From: a bacterium
GTDB lineage: Bacteria > SZUA-79 > Acidulodesulfobacterales > Acidulodesulfobacteraceae
Direction of reading: 5' to 3'
Length of the DNA: 64,000 nt
Assembly (NCBI GenBank): GCA_021798875.1
Contig: JAJZBN010000002.1
Location: 82,831-146,830, forward strand
Each line of letters begins with the position of its first letter. The first letter of the stretch is position 1. This document shows, one piece after another, positions 20,889-29,087 of the stretch. The notes below the pieces were generated by a model that saw nothing but the letters and a program-made list of their open reading frames with translations, searched no databases and was not told where the DNA came from. The position numbers and the translations under genes were made by a program.

Positions 20889-22559
20889 CTATTTCCTTAT
20901 ATTTCTGTTTACTATTGCGCCTTCATCAGCCGAAGATACTATTTCGGCGTATCTCGACAAATAACCGTAGTCTATTTTTTTTGGTTTTTTCGTAAATTGT
21001 TTTTTTCTTTCGTTTAATTCAGTTTCGGAAACATCTAAACTTAATTTTCTATTAGGAATATCTATTTCTATTTTATCTCCGTTTTTTACCAAGGCGATAG
21101 GGCCTCCCTCCTGAGCTTCGGGAGATATATGCCCGACGCACGGACCTCTCGTTCCGCCGGAAAATCTGCCGTCGGTAATAAGAGCTACTTTTTCGCCGAG
21201 CCCCATTCCGACTATTTGAGAAGTAGGTGCAAGCATCTCGCGCATCCCAGGTCCGCCCTTAGGACCTTCAAATCTAATAACGACTACATCGCCTTCTTTT
21301 ATTTTACCCTTTGAAATATTTTCCATTGCAGATTCTTCGCTGTCGAAAACGACCGCCGTTCCTTTAAACTTCATCATCGAAGAGCTTACGCCGCTGGATT
21401 TAATAATAGCTCCGTTAGGCGCCAAATTTCCGAATAAAACGGCTATGCCCCCTTCTTTACGGTAAGGATTGTCCGCTTTTCTTATTACCTCGTTATTTAC
21501 GTAATTTACGCCGGAAATAATTTCAGCTATGGACTGACCGTTTACGTTAATAGATTTAGTATTTATAAAATTTTTAAGTTCATATAAAAGAGACGGAATT
21601 CCTCCTGCAAAATCAAGGTCTTCGAGGAAATATTCTCCGGCAGGCCTTAAACTTGTTAACTGAGGCGTATTTTTAGAAATTTCGTCGAATAGTCTTAAAT
21701 CAAGTTTAATTCCTGCTTCATTTGCTATGGCGACAAGGTGAAGCACCGAATTTGAAGAGCCGCCCAAAGCCATATCAACGGCTATCGCATTTTTAAAAGA
21801 ATCTATAGTTACTATATCTCTCGGCAGAATTTGGCTTTTAACCATATCGACGACCCTTGCGCCGCTCTCGAAAGCTATTCTTTTTTTGATAGCGGAACCC
21901 GCAAGCGCAGTGCCTGCGCCAGGTAGAGACATTCCAAGAACCTCGGTCATACAGGCCATAGTATTTGCAGTATAAAGACCCTGACATGAACCCTGTCCCG
22001 GACAAGCGCACATTTCAAGGTCGTTAAGCTCTTTTTCCGTAATATCGTTTATCCTGAACTTTGCTACCGCCTCAAAAGTATCGCGTACGAAAGAAAGTCT
22101 GTTTCCGTGATAGTGTCCAGAAAGCATAGGCCCGGCGGTTACGACTATAGCAGGAATATTAAGGCGTAAAGATGCCATAAGCATACCGGGAGTTATTTTA
22201 TCGCAATTAGTCAACAGTATAAGCCCGTCAAGACTGTGCGCTTCCGTTATAGTTTCTATCATATCCGCTATAAGTTCTCTTGAAGGAAGAGAATAATGCA
22301 TACCTCTGTGACCCATGGCTACGCCGTCGCAAATACCCGGAATTCCAAATACGAAAGGATGTCCTCCGTTGCTGTAAACGCCGTTTTCAGCCGCCCTTTC
22401 GAGGTCTCTTATTCCTACATGCCCTGGAATTAAATCGGTAAAACTCGACGCTATTCCTATAAAAGGTTTTTTCATATCGCCTTTAGCCATTCCGGTTGCA
22501 TACAGCAGTGACCTGTGGGGTGTTCTGTCTATACCTTCCTTGATATTTTCGCTTCTCAT
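20889..22559 (-). CDS. ilvD: dihydroxy-acid dehydratase
   Basis: [11 protein letters not shown] cluster-ligand context and full-length IlvD/Edd similarity. Confidence 0.95.
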   Translation of the reverse strand: MRSENIKEGIDRTPHRSLLYATGMAKGDMKKPFIGIASSFTDLIPGHVGIRDLERAAENGVYSNGGHPFVFGIPGICDGVAMGHRGMHYSLPSRELIADMIETITEAHSLDGLILLTNCDKITPGMLMASLRLNIPAIVVTAGPMLSGHYHGNRLSFVRDTFEAVAKFRINDITEKELNDLEMCACPGQGSCQGLYTANTMACMTEVLGMSLPGAGTALAGSAIKKRIAFESGARVVDMVKSQILPRDIVTIDSFKNAIAVDMALGGSSNSVLHLVAIANEAGIKLDLRLFDEISKNTPQLTSLRPAGEYFLEDLDFAGGIPSLLYELKNFINTKSINVNGQSIAEIISGVNYVNNEVIRKADNPYRKEGGIAVLFGNLAPNGAIIKSSGVSSSMMKFKGTAVVFDSEESAMENISKGKIKEGDVVVIRFEGPKGGPGMREMLAPTSQIVGMGLGEKVALITDGRFSGGTRGPCVGHISPEAQEGGPIALVKNGDKIEIDIPNRKLSLDVSETELNERKKQFTKKPKKIDYGYLSRYAEIVSSADEGAIVNRNIRK

Positions 22560-22600
22560 AATATATATCCTTAAGAATTATTTTATTTTTATTATCCTGC

Positions 22601-22831
22601 TCAGGCAATTTTTTCTTTAATAATCTTTTTCATAATATCGTTGCCGGTTAATTTTTTTAACTTTAACTCTTTTATGGTTTTTTGTTCTTCGGGCGTTAAA
22701 AAAGGCTTTGTGCTGAATTTATCCAATGCCTTTTCTATTTCGATATGTTCTTTATAAATCTTCTTAAAATTATCGTCTTTTTCAGCCAAAATTTCAGCCG
22801 TTTTTCTTTCCGTTTCATCCAAAAATTGCAT
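22601..22831 (-). CDS. DUF465 (YdcH-like) small coiled-coil protein
   Basis: 76 aa with the pattern ..DDNFKKIYKEHIEIEKALDKF...LTPEEQKTIKELKLKKL typical of DUF465. GGAGG lies upstream of the ATG. Confidence 0.6.
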   Translation of the reverse strand: MQFLDETERKTAEILAEKDDNFKKIYKEHIEIEKALDKFSTKPFLTPEEQKTIKELKLKKLTGNDIMKKIIKEKIA

Positions 22832-22881
22832 AATGAATGTACCTCCTGCAGATTTATTTATATTATAAAATTACAAAACTT

Positions 22882-23589
22882 TTAAAAAGGGCCGTTGCCG
22901 TAAACATAATACGGAGACAATTCTTCGGTATATTTTTCGTCGAAAAAAACCGCATCTCCGTTTATTTTATAGCTTTCTATAGCATATTTAGCAGCAAAAT
23001 AAGCCGTATCTTTAAGGTCTAAAAATAATAATCCGTTAACCGCATCTTTTAATTTATCTTCAATAAAATGACAATCGTTTTTATCGTTAAAACCATAAGC
23101 CAAAAGCGGTTTGTCTTCCATATCTTTTAAAAAAAGGCGTATTTCTTCTAAATTTAAAAGATCCGTTTTAATTTGCCCTTCAAAATATTTTGTTTCGGAA
23201 GAAAATTCCGAAACATAGTAGCGGTCTTTCGATGCATAGCAAACCGCAACAATATTTTTTAATCCCGAGTTTTCTTTAGCTGCTCTGTAAGCACAAACAG
23301 ATAAACTCCCAAGCCCTACTAACGCTATTTTTAGGACATAAGACAGCGTTTTTGCTATCGTTAAAGAAACCCTTATGCCGGTATAGGAACCGGGTCCCAG
23401 AATAACGGCTATTCCTTTAAAATCCGTTAACTTTATACCGGCCTTGCATATTATTTCGTCTAACTGCTTAAAAATAAGAACGGAATGTTTTTCATGAAAA
23501 TCCGATATCGATTCCAAAAGAACATTTAAATTTTCATCGACTGCCAACAGGCTGGAATAACCGTTGGAGCTGTCCATAGATAAAAACAT
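22882..23589 (-). CDS. tsaB: tRNA t6A37 biosynthesis protein TsaB
   Basis: GPGSYTGIRV motif and YeaZ-like length. Confidence 0.85.
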   Translation of the reverse strand: MFLSMDSSNGYSSLLAVDENLNVLLESISDFHEKHSVLIFKQLDEIICKAGIKLTDFKGIAVILGPGSYTGIRVSLTIAKTLSYVLKIALVGLGSLSVCAYRAAKENSGLKNIVAVCYASKDRYYVSEFSSETKYFEGQIKTDLLNLEEIRLFLKDMEDKPLLAYGFNDKNDCHFIEDKLKDAVNGLLFLDLKDTAYFAAKYAIESYKINGDAVFFDEKYTEELSPYYVYGNGPF

Positions 23590-23599
23590 ATAAAAAAAA

Positions 23600-24697
23600 T
23601 TAAGTTTTTATGACGCGCAATATGTCGTTGTACGAAACAAACAGAAGCAGCAATATTAAGAGCGCAAAACCTATCTTGGCCGCAGTTTCCTGAAATTTAA
23701 CGCTTAACGGACTTTTCTTTATCATTTCTATAATAGAAAATAACAGATGCCCTCCATCTAGCGCCGGAATAGGAAAGAGGTTTACAAGACCTATATTAAC
23801 GCTGATGAATGCCACGAAATAAAAAAAATCGGAAATCCCCAAGCTTGCAGCCCGTCCTGAAAGCTGAGCTATCATTATAGGCCCGCCCAGATCGCTTGCG
23901 GAAAGTTTTCCCGTTATCAGATAAAAAAGGCTGACTATAGTAATGTAAATAATAAACCATATCTCTTTTAATGCCGAATAAAAAGAATCGAAGAAACCGT
24001 CGTATCTATAAAAAACCGCGTTTTTTGAATTTGAAGGGGTTATTCCTATAATAAATCTATTTGTTTTTTGCTTATATATATTAAAACCCGATATTAATTG
24101 AGGTTTAACATTTACGAAAGAATTAATAACTTTGTTTCCTATTTTTTCTTGCACTCCAAGTTTTAAAGTTTTTTTTCCGTATTTTTCTATATTTTCTGCT
24201 AATCCGGCCCAAGAATGAACCTTTATACCGTTAACGCTTGTAATAATTTCTCCTTTTTTAAGACCTGCTTTTACGGCAGGCTTGCCTTTCATAAGTCCGC
24301 CTATAACAGGTTTCAAAACCGGCCTTCCGGACATAAAAATGATTGTAAATATAATAGCAGCTAAAATAAAATTAAAAAACGGCCCGCAAAATATTATGAG
24401 GAACTTTTTATACGGCGGCAGACTGCTGTATGAACGATTTTTGTCTTCCGGGGATAATTCTTCCGACGGGTCTTCTCCCGTAAGTTTAACGTAGCCGCCG
24501 AGCGGAAGCGCAGAAACAAGATATTCCGTTTCTCCTATCTGCCTGCCGAAAACTTTAGGCCCAAAACCCAGTGAAAACTTCTCGACTTTTACACCCAGTT
24601 TTTTTGCTACTATAAAGTGTCCAAACTCGTGGATAAGAACTATAATGCTTATTACTATTAAAAATGCTAATATATTGTACGTTATACTCTCAAACAT
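23600..24697 (-). CDS. rseP: RIP site-2 metalloprotease RseP
   Basis: HEFGHF zinc motif, a central PDZ domain and NLFPIPALDGG. Confidence 0.9.
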   Translation of the reverse strand: MFESITYNILAFLIVISIIVLIHEFGHFIVAKKLGVKVEKFSLGFGPKVFGRQIGETEYLVSALPLGGYVKLTGEDPSEELSPEDKNRSYSSLPPYKKFLIIFCGPFFNFILAAIIFTIIFMSGRPVLKPVIGGLMKGKPAVKAGLKKGEIITSVNGIKVHSWAGLAENIEKYGKKTLKLGVQEKIGNKVINSFVNVKPQLISGFNIYKQKTNRFIIGITPSNSKNAVFYRYDGFFDSFYSALKEIWFIIYITIVSLFYLITGKLSASDLGGPIMIAQLSGRAASLGISDFFYFVAFISVNIGLVNLFPIPALDGGHLLFSIIEMIKKSPLSVKFQETAAKIGFALLILLLLFVSYNDILRVIKT

Positions 24698-24784
24698 GTT
24701 TTATTTTTTTATTATTGGATTTATTTAAAATTATTTAATTTTATTATATTTTTTTTTCATGAAAAATGCAATTTTTTAATTTTT

Positions 24785-27217
24785 TTACTTCCTTAAAATT
24801 ATTCCTAAACGATTATTCAGTTCGTTAATTAATCCGCCTCTTAATTCATTGACCTCTTCCATAGTAAGCGTTCTGTCGTCGGCAATGGCGTCGTATCTGA
24901 TAAGAAAAGATATTTTACCTTCTTCTATCTGCTTGCCGGTATAAACATCTTCAAGCCTTACGTTTTTAATTAACGACGAATATCCTTTAATTAATTTTTC
25001 TACGGAAGCATACTCTATGCTTTTATCGCATACTATAGAAATGTCCTGTTCAATCTCCGGATATCTATTCGGCGGTATGAAAGTTTTTTTATTCGAGATA
25101 TATTCTTTAATACGGTCCAAATCAAACTCGAACGCAAAAACCTTGCTTTCTATTTTAAATTCGTCTAATATTTCTTTCTTAATTTCGCCGAAAATTCCAA
25201 CTTTAGCTTTTCCTACGGTAATTTCCAACGAAGCATTTTCGTTATAAAAACTTGCCGCAGATGTTTTATCGAAAGAAAATTTTTTTATTCCGGATTCTTT
25301 AAGTATAAATTCGACGATGCCTTTTCCTGTATAAAATTCCGGATCTTGGCTTGTACTCTTAATACCCGTGCATACGCATCCGCATAAAACGTTTTTTTCG
25401 TTAACCGGCATAACGTCGGTCTTCTCTCCTATATAAACTTTTCCTATTTCAAAAATCTTAATATTTTTATATCTTCTGGAATTTTGCTGAACAGATCTGA
25501 GCACATCGGGCATCAAACTTATCCTGAAAAAAGCGTAATCCGCGGAAATAGAATTTTTAAGTTCTAAAACAGAATTTCTGTCTATGGAAGAATTTGCAAC
25601 CGATATATTTATTTCTTTTCCGCCGGTAAGAGACGGAGAAATTATTTCGGTAAATCCCGCATATCTTAACAAATTTCGATACAGCCTGTATGTTTCGAAA
25701 TTTGCGTTTTTTAACGGAGGAGCAAGTAAGCCCAAAGGCAAAGACGATTTTATATTATCGTAACCGTATATTCTTAGAATATCTTCGTAAATATTTACCG
25801 TTTCGCCTATATCCATTCTAAAATAAGGCGGGGAAACCTTAAAAGCGTTATTTTCTTCTAATGAAGGTTCGACATAATACCCTAAGTTGGATAAAACTGT
25901 TTGAGCTTTTTTATTTACCGCCGAATCGCCCGAAAACTCCGATAGAGCGCCAAGGTCTATTTCGTAAGTTTTAGAAGTTTTATCTTTTTTTATATCGTAA
26001 GCATAGCAACTAATTTCGACGCCGCTCTCATATTTACGGATAAGTTGAAGAAAACGTTTTACGGCATATATACTTAAAGCAGGACTTATTCCTTTTTCGA
26101 AACGCGTCGAAGCATCCGTTCTTAAAGAAAGAGTTCTTGAAGTCTTTCTTATTTTAGACATATGAAAATTAGCCGATTCTACGATAATATCGGTAGTACC
26201 TTCATCTATTTCGCTGTTAGCTGAACCCATTATTCCTGCTATAGCGATAATTTTATTTTTATCGGCTATAACTATATCTTCATCCGATAATTTCCTTTCT
26301 TTTCCGTCCAAAGTAACGGCGGTTTCATCTTTTAACGCAAACCGCACGTTAATTGCGTTTCCGTCGAGTTTTGAAGCATCGAATGCATGCATCGGCTGTG
26401 AAGTTTCCATCATTACGATATTGGTTAAATCGACGATATTGTTGATAGGTCTTATTCCGCTTTTCATTAACTTATTTTTTATATGTAAATCGGATTCTTT
26501 TATTTTTAAACCCGATATTTTTACCGCTATATAAGACGGCGCTATTTCTCCGTCGGCTATATTAACGCTTAATTCGTTTATATCGGAAGCATATTTTTCG
26601 CCGGCGCTTATATTAACGCCTTCGTATATTTCGGGTAAAACCAACTTTTTATCTAATATTGCCGCTAACTCATACGCAAATCCCATAATTCCGAAAAGAT
26701 CGGGTCTGTTCGGCTCAAGATCGAATTCTAAAACCGTATCGTCGAGTTCAAAAATATCGTATGCGGACATACCCGTTTCTAAGAGCGGAAATTTCGCTAT
26801 CGAATCTATATTTAACTGCAGACCTAAATCTTTTTCCGAACAGAAGGCGGCTTCGGAAACCACGCCGAATATAGCCTTGTCCCTGATTTTTAATCCGTGG
26901 TCGAATACCGTCCCTTTTGTAGCTATCAGCGGTTTATCTCCAACTTTTACTTTAAGCCCCTCTTTAGTAAACACTATCCTTTTCATCCCTAAAGTTTCTC
27001 CCGCGTAAACTTCGGCAATGCCGAACTTATCGTTGGAAGGATGCGGTGCAATGCTTTTTATTTCGCCGAGTACGATGTTTTGAAACGATTTTTTTTGCGA
27101 ATAATAAGGAAATATTTTTTCTACCTCCATAGTTCTGCCGTTCAAAAGAGAGGCTATTTTTTCGGGCTCGGTTTTAAAATAAACAAATTCTTTAAGCCAG
27201 TTTAAGCTTACTTTCAA
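24785..27217 (-). CDS. pheT: phenylalanine--tRNA ligase beta subunit
   Basis: N-terminal tRNA-binding domain, B3/4 and B5 domains (FDLEPNRPDL) and a C-terminal anticodon-binding domain. TTG start at 27217 is preceded by CCGGAGG. Confidence 0.93.
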   Translation of the reverse strand: MKVSLNWLKEFVYFKTEPEKIASLLNGRTMEVEKIFPYYSQKKSFQNIVLGEIKSIAPHPSNDKFGIAEVYAGETLGMKRIVFTKEGLKVKVGDKPLIATKGTVFDHGLKIRDKAIFGVVSEAAFCSEKDLGLQLNIDSIAKFPLLETGMSAYDIFELDDTVLEFDLEPNRPDLFGIMGFAYELAAILDKKLVLPEIYEGVNISAGEKYASDINELSVNIADGEIAPSYIAVKISGLKIKESDLHIKNKLMKSGIRPINNIVDLTNIVMMETSQPMHAFDASKLDGNAINVRFALKDETAVTLDGKERKLSDEDIVIADKNKIIAIAGIMGSANSEIDEGTTDIIVESANFHMSKIRKTSRTLSLRTDASTRFEKGISPALSIYAVKRFLQLIRKYESGVEISCYAYDIKKDKTSKTYEIDLGALSEFSGDSAVNKKAQTVLSNLGYYVEPSLEENNAFKVSPPYFRMDIGETVNIYEDILRIYGYDNIKSSLPLGLLAPPLKNANFETYRLYRNLLRYAGFTEIISPSLTGGKEINISVANSSIDRNSVLELKNSISADYAFFRISLMPDVLRSVQQNSRRYKNIKIFEIGKVYIGEKTDVMPVNEKNVLCGCVCTGIKSTSQDPEFYTGKGIVEFILKESGIKKFSFDKTSAASFYNENASLEITVGKAKVGIFGEIKKEILDEFKIESKVFAFEFDLDRIKEYISNKKTFIPPNRYPEIEQDISIVCDKSIEYASVEKLIKGYSSLIKNVRLEDVYTGKQIEEGKISFLIRYDAIADDRTLTMEEVNELRGGLINELNNRLGIILRK

Positions 27218-27219
27218 TT

Positions 27220-27375
27220 TTAATTCCTCCGGTTATTTATTTTAAATTTCTTTTCCATTTTGTTACGGTGCCAGAATTGAATTCCGGCCTTTTCCATTTT
27301 GTTACGGTGCCAGAATTGAATTCCGGCCTTTTCCATTTTGTTACGGTGCCAGAATTGAATTCCGGCCTTTTCCAT
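27220..27375 (-). other. repeat-encoded 51-codon upstream ORF (MEKAGIQFWHRNK x3 + MEKKFKINNRRN); translation unproven
   Basis: The 39-bp unit equals 13 codons, and each unit carries an in-frame ATG. The frame stays open through three units and ends at TAA 27222-27220, 2 nt before the pheT TTG. No SD precedes the ATGs. Confidence 0.25.
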
Positions 27376-27410
27376 TTTGTGACGGTGCCAGAATTGAATT
27401 CTGGCACCGT
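27251..27410 (-). repeat. tandem array, 4 x 39 bp, each unit a hairpin followed by CAAAATGGAAAAG (minus-strand reading)
   Basis: Units lie at 27251-27289, 27290-27328, 27329-27367 and 27368-27408. Plus-strand unit is TTTTCCATTTTGTTACGGTGCCAGAATTGAATTCCGGCC. The last copy completes a perfect 14-bp-arm palindrome ACGGTGCCAGAATT-G-AATTCTGGCACCGT (27382-27410). Confidence 0.95.
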
Positions 27411-27412
27411 AT

Positions 27413-28408
27413 CTATATAATGTCGAACAGTCCGGGCTGGATCAGGCGGTCGTCTTCGGCAAATTTTTCCGCGTAAAGTTTATTGCGGACGTCATGCATT
27501 TCTTCTAAAGACGCGCCTAAATCCGGCACAAAATCTCCGCGCAGATTTATCCCGAAAACCCCGACTTGCCCGTAAAGCGATTTCAATCCTTCATTGTCAT
27601 ATGAATTCATTAAATTTAAGTTATATTCCGGAATAAAAACCGGACGTTTTTGCTTGATAGAAAAACCGCAAGTTTTCATAGTTCCGCTTTTTAAAGGCGA
27701 AGATAAAGCAAAAGTTCCAAGCGAAGAACCGCTCTGCAATCTGTCTCTCGCCACTAAATTTTTTGAAGATACAGGTTCGTGCGGCGAAAGTTCCGAAACC
27801 AGCGCTCCTCCGTTAAATATTATTTCGTTATACAAATCCCTGTTCTCCGGTGGATATACCGAAGAAAGAAGTCCCGAACCAAGAAACGCTACGGTATATC
27901 CGTTGTTTTTTAATGCAGTCCTGTGGGCCGCCGAATCTATCCCTAAAGCAAGTCCGCTAATTATAGCATAACCGGAAGAACATAGTTCCGCGGTTATATC
28001 CTCTGCCAGTTTAACCGCATATTCAGGCGGTTTTCTCTGCCCTATAACCGCCGCCGCTAATTTTAAGTCCTCTTTTAAAGCCCCTTTATAATAAAGAACT
28101 AAAGGCTTATTTTTAATTTTGCGTAAATTTGCCGGATATAAAGAAGATTTAAAAGTTATTATTTTAACGCCGTTTTTAGAAGCCTCGTCAATTTCTTTTA
28201 TGGCATCGAAAAAAGCCGTCTTTATAATTCTTTGGTTTATTAATATCTTAACGTAATCGATTTTTAATCCTGCTTTAATAAAATCGGACTTATCGGCGTT
28301 AAAAATTTCGCATGGACTTCCGAAGGCGTTGATTAAAAACATTATATGCCTGTTTTGCAGACCTTTGATTTTTTTAAGAGCTAAAGTGCATATAATATCG
28401 TCCATCAA
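27413..28408 (-). CDS. dprA: DprA/Smf-family (Rossmann/SLOG) DNA-processing-like protein
   Basis: ISGLALGIDSAAHRTAL, FLGSGL..VYPPEN and ARDRLQSG (canonical RNRIISG) contexts. Its start overlaps the stop of the upstream PRTase gene (TGATG). Confidence 0.75.
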   Translation of the reverse strand: MMDDIICTLALKKIKGLQNRHIMFLINAFGSPCEIFNADKSDFIKAGLKIDYVKILINQRIIKTAFFDAIKEIDEASKNGVKIITFKSSLYPANLRKIKNKPLVLYYKGALKEDLKLAAAVIGQRKPPEYAVKLAEDITAELCSSGYAIISGLALGIDSAAHRTALKNNGYTVAFLGSGLLSSVYPPENRDLYNEIIFNGGALVSELSPHEPVSSKNLVARDRLQSGSSLGTFALSSPLKSGTMKTCGFSIKQKRPVFIPEYNLNLMNSYDNEGLKSLYGQVGVFGINLRGDFVPDLGASLEEMHDVRNKLYAEKFAEDDRLIQPGLFDII

Positions 28409-29010
28409 ATATCCCCGCCCGCAAAATTTACAATATCTGCTTCCATGGGCGTTTTACCGAGAAATATTCCCGTTACTGCGCTTGCCCCTTCTTTTAATAA
28501 CGCGTTTTTTATAAGTTTAAAAGTCGTCCCCGTAGTTATAATATCGTCGAAAATTATTATTTTTTTTGATTTATAATTATATTTATATTCTAACGATATA
28601 TTATTCGAATCCTTTTTTTTTAAATCTATATTATTTTCTATATGTCCGGGCTTATGTCCTTTAATGCACACTATAGCCTTTTCATAGGTATCGATAGTTC
28701 CCAGGGCCGCAAGATACAAGCATACCTGAGCATTAGGATAAAAGTCTAAATAGGAATTGCTCGGCGGAACCGGAAGTATCAAATCGTAAAAATAAAAATA
28801 ATTATATATAATATTGTTTATTATTTTTATATAAAAAGCTATAGCACCGGAATCTCCTTTTTTATATTTTAAAATTAAGTCTGAATATTTCAAGCTATTA
28901 GCTAATTTGTCTTGATTGGCGGCAATTTTTTTATTTTTGGGAATATAATAATCTAAATAAAAATATTCTCCTCTGCCTCCGGTTTTTATATTTATATTAC
29001 TTTGAATCAT
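28405..29010 (-). CDS. ComF-like phosphoribosyltransferase-domain protein lacking the N-terminal zinc finger
   Basis: PRPP-binding loop IIIFDDIITTGTT and ILPVPPS. Only 2 Cys in 201 aa, so there are no CxxC pairs. Confidence 0.7.
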   Translation of the reverse strand: MIQSNINIKTGGRGEYFYLDYYIPKNKKIAANQDKLANSLKYSDLILKYKKGDSGAIAFYIKIINNIIYNYFYFYDLILPVPPSNSYLDFYPNAQVCLYLAALGTIDTYEKAIVCIKGHKPGHIENNIDLKKKDSNNISLEYKYNYKSKKIIIFDDIITTGTTFKLIKNALLKEGASAVTGIFLGKTPMEADIVNFAGGDI

Positions 29011-29087
29011 TATCCGAATATATTATTATTAATAATCCTTATAGTTGATTTTTTAAAATTGAGTCGCTAACGAACCGACAATTTAAT

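Noticed and set aside
27220-27375. Classical pheM-like Phe-codon attenuator
   Set aside because: Only 4 of 51 codons are Phe, there is no run of Phe codons, and no hairpin is followed by a U-tract. I keep the uORF observation as a finding but reject the specific E. coli-type attenuation model.
27251-27410. Could the 39-bp repeats be a CRISPR array?
   Set aside because: The units abut directly with no spacers, there are only four copies, and no cas genes occur anywhere in the window. This is a tandem repeat, not a CRISPR array.
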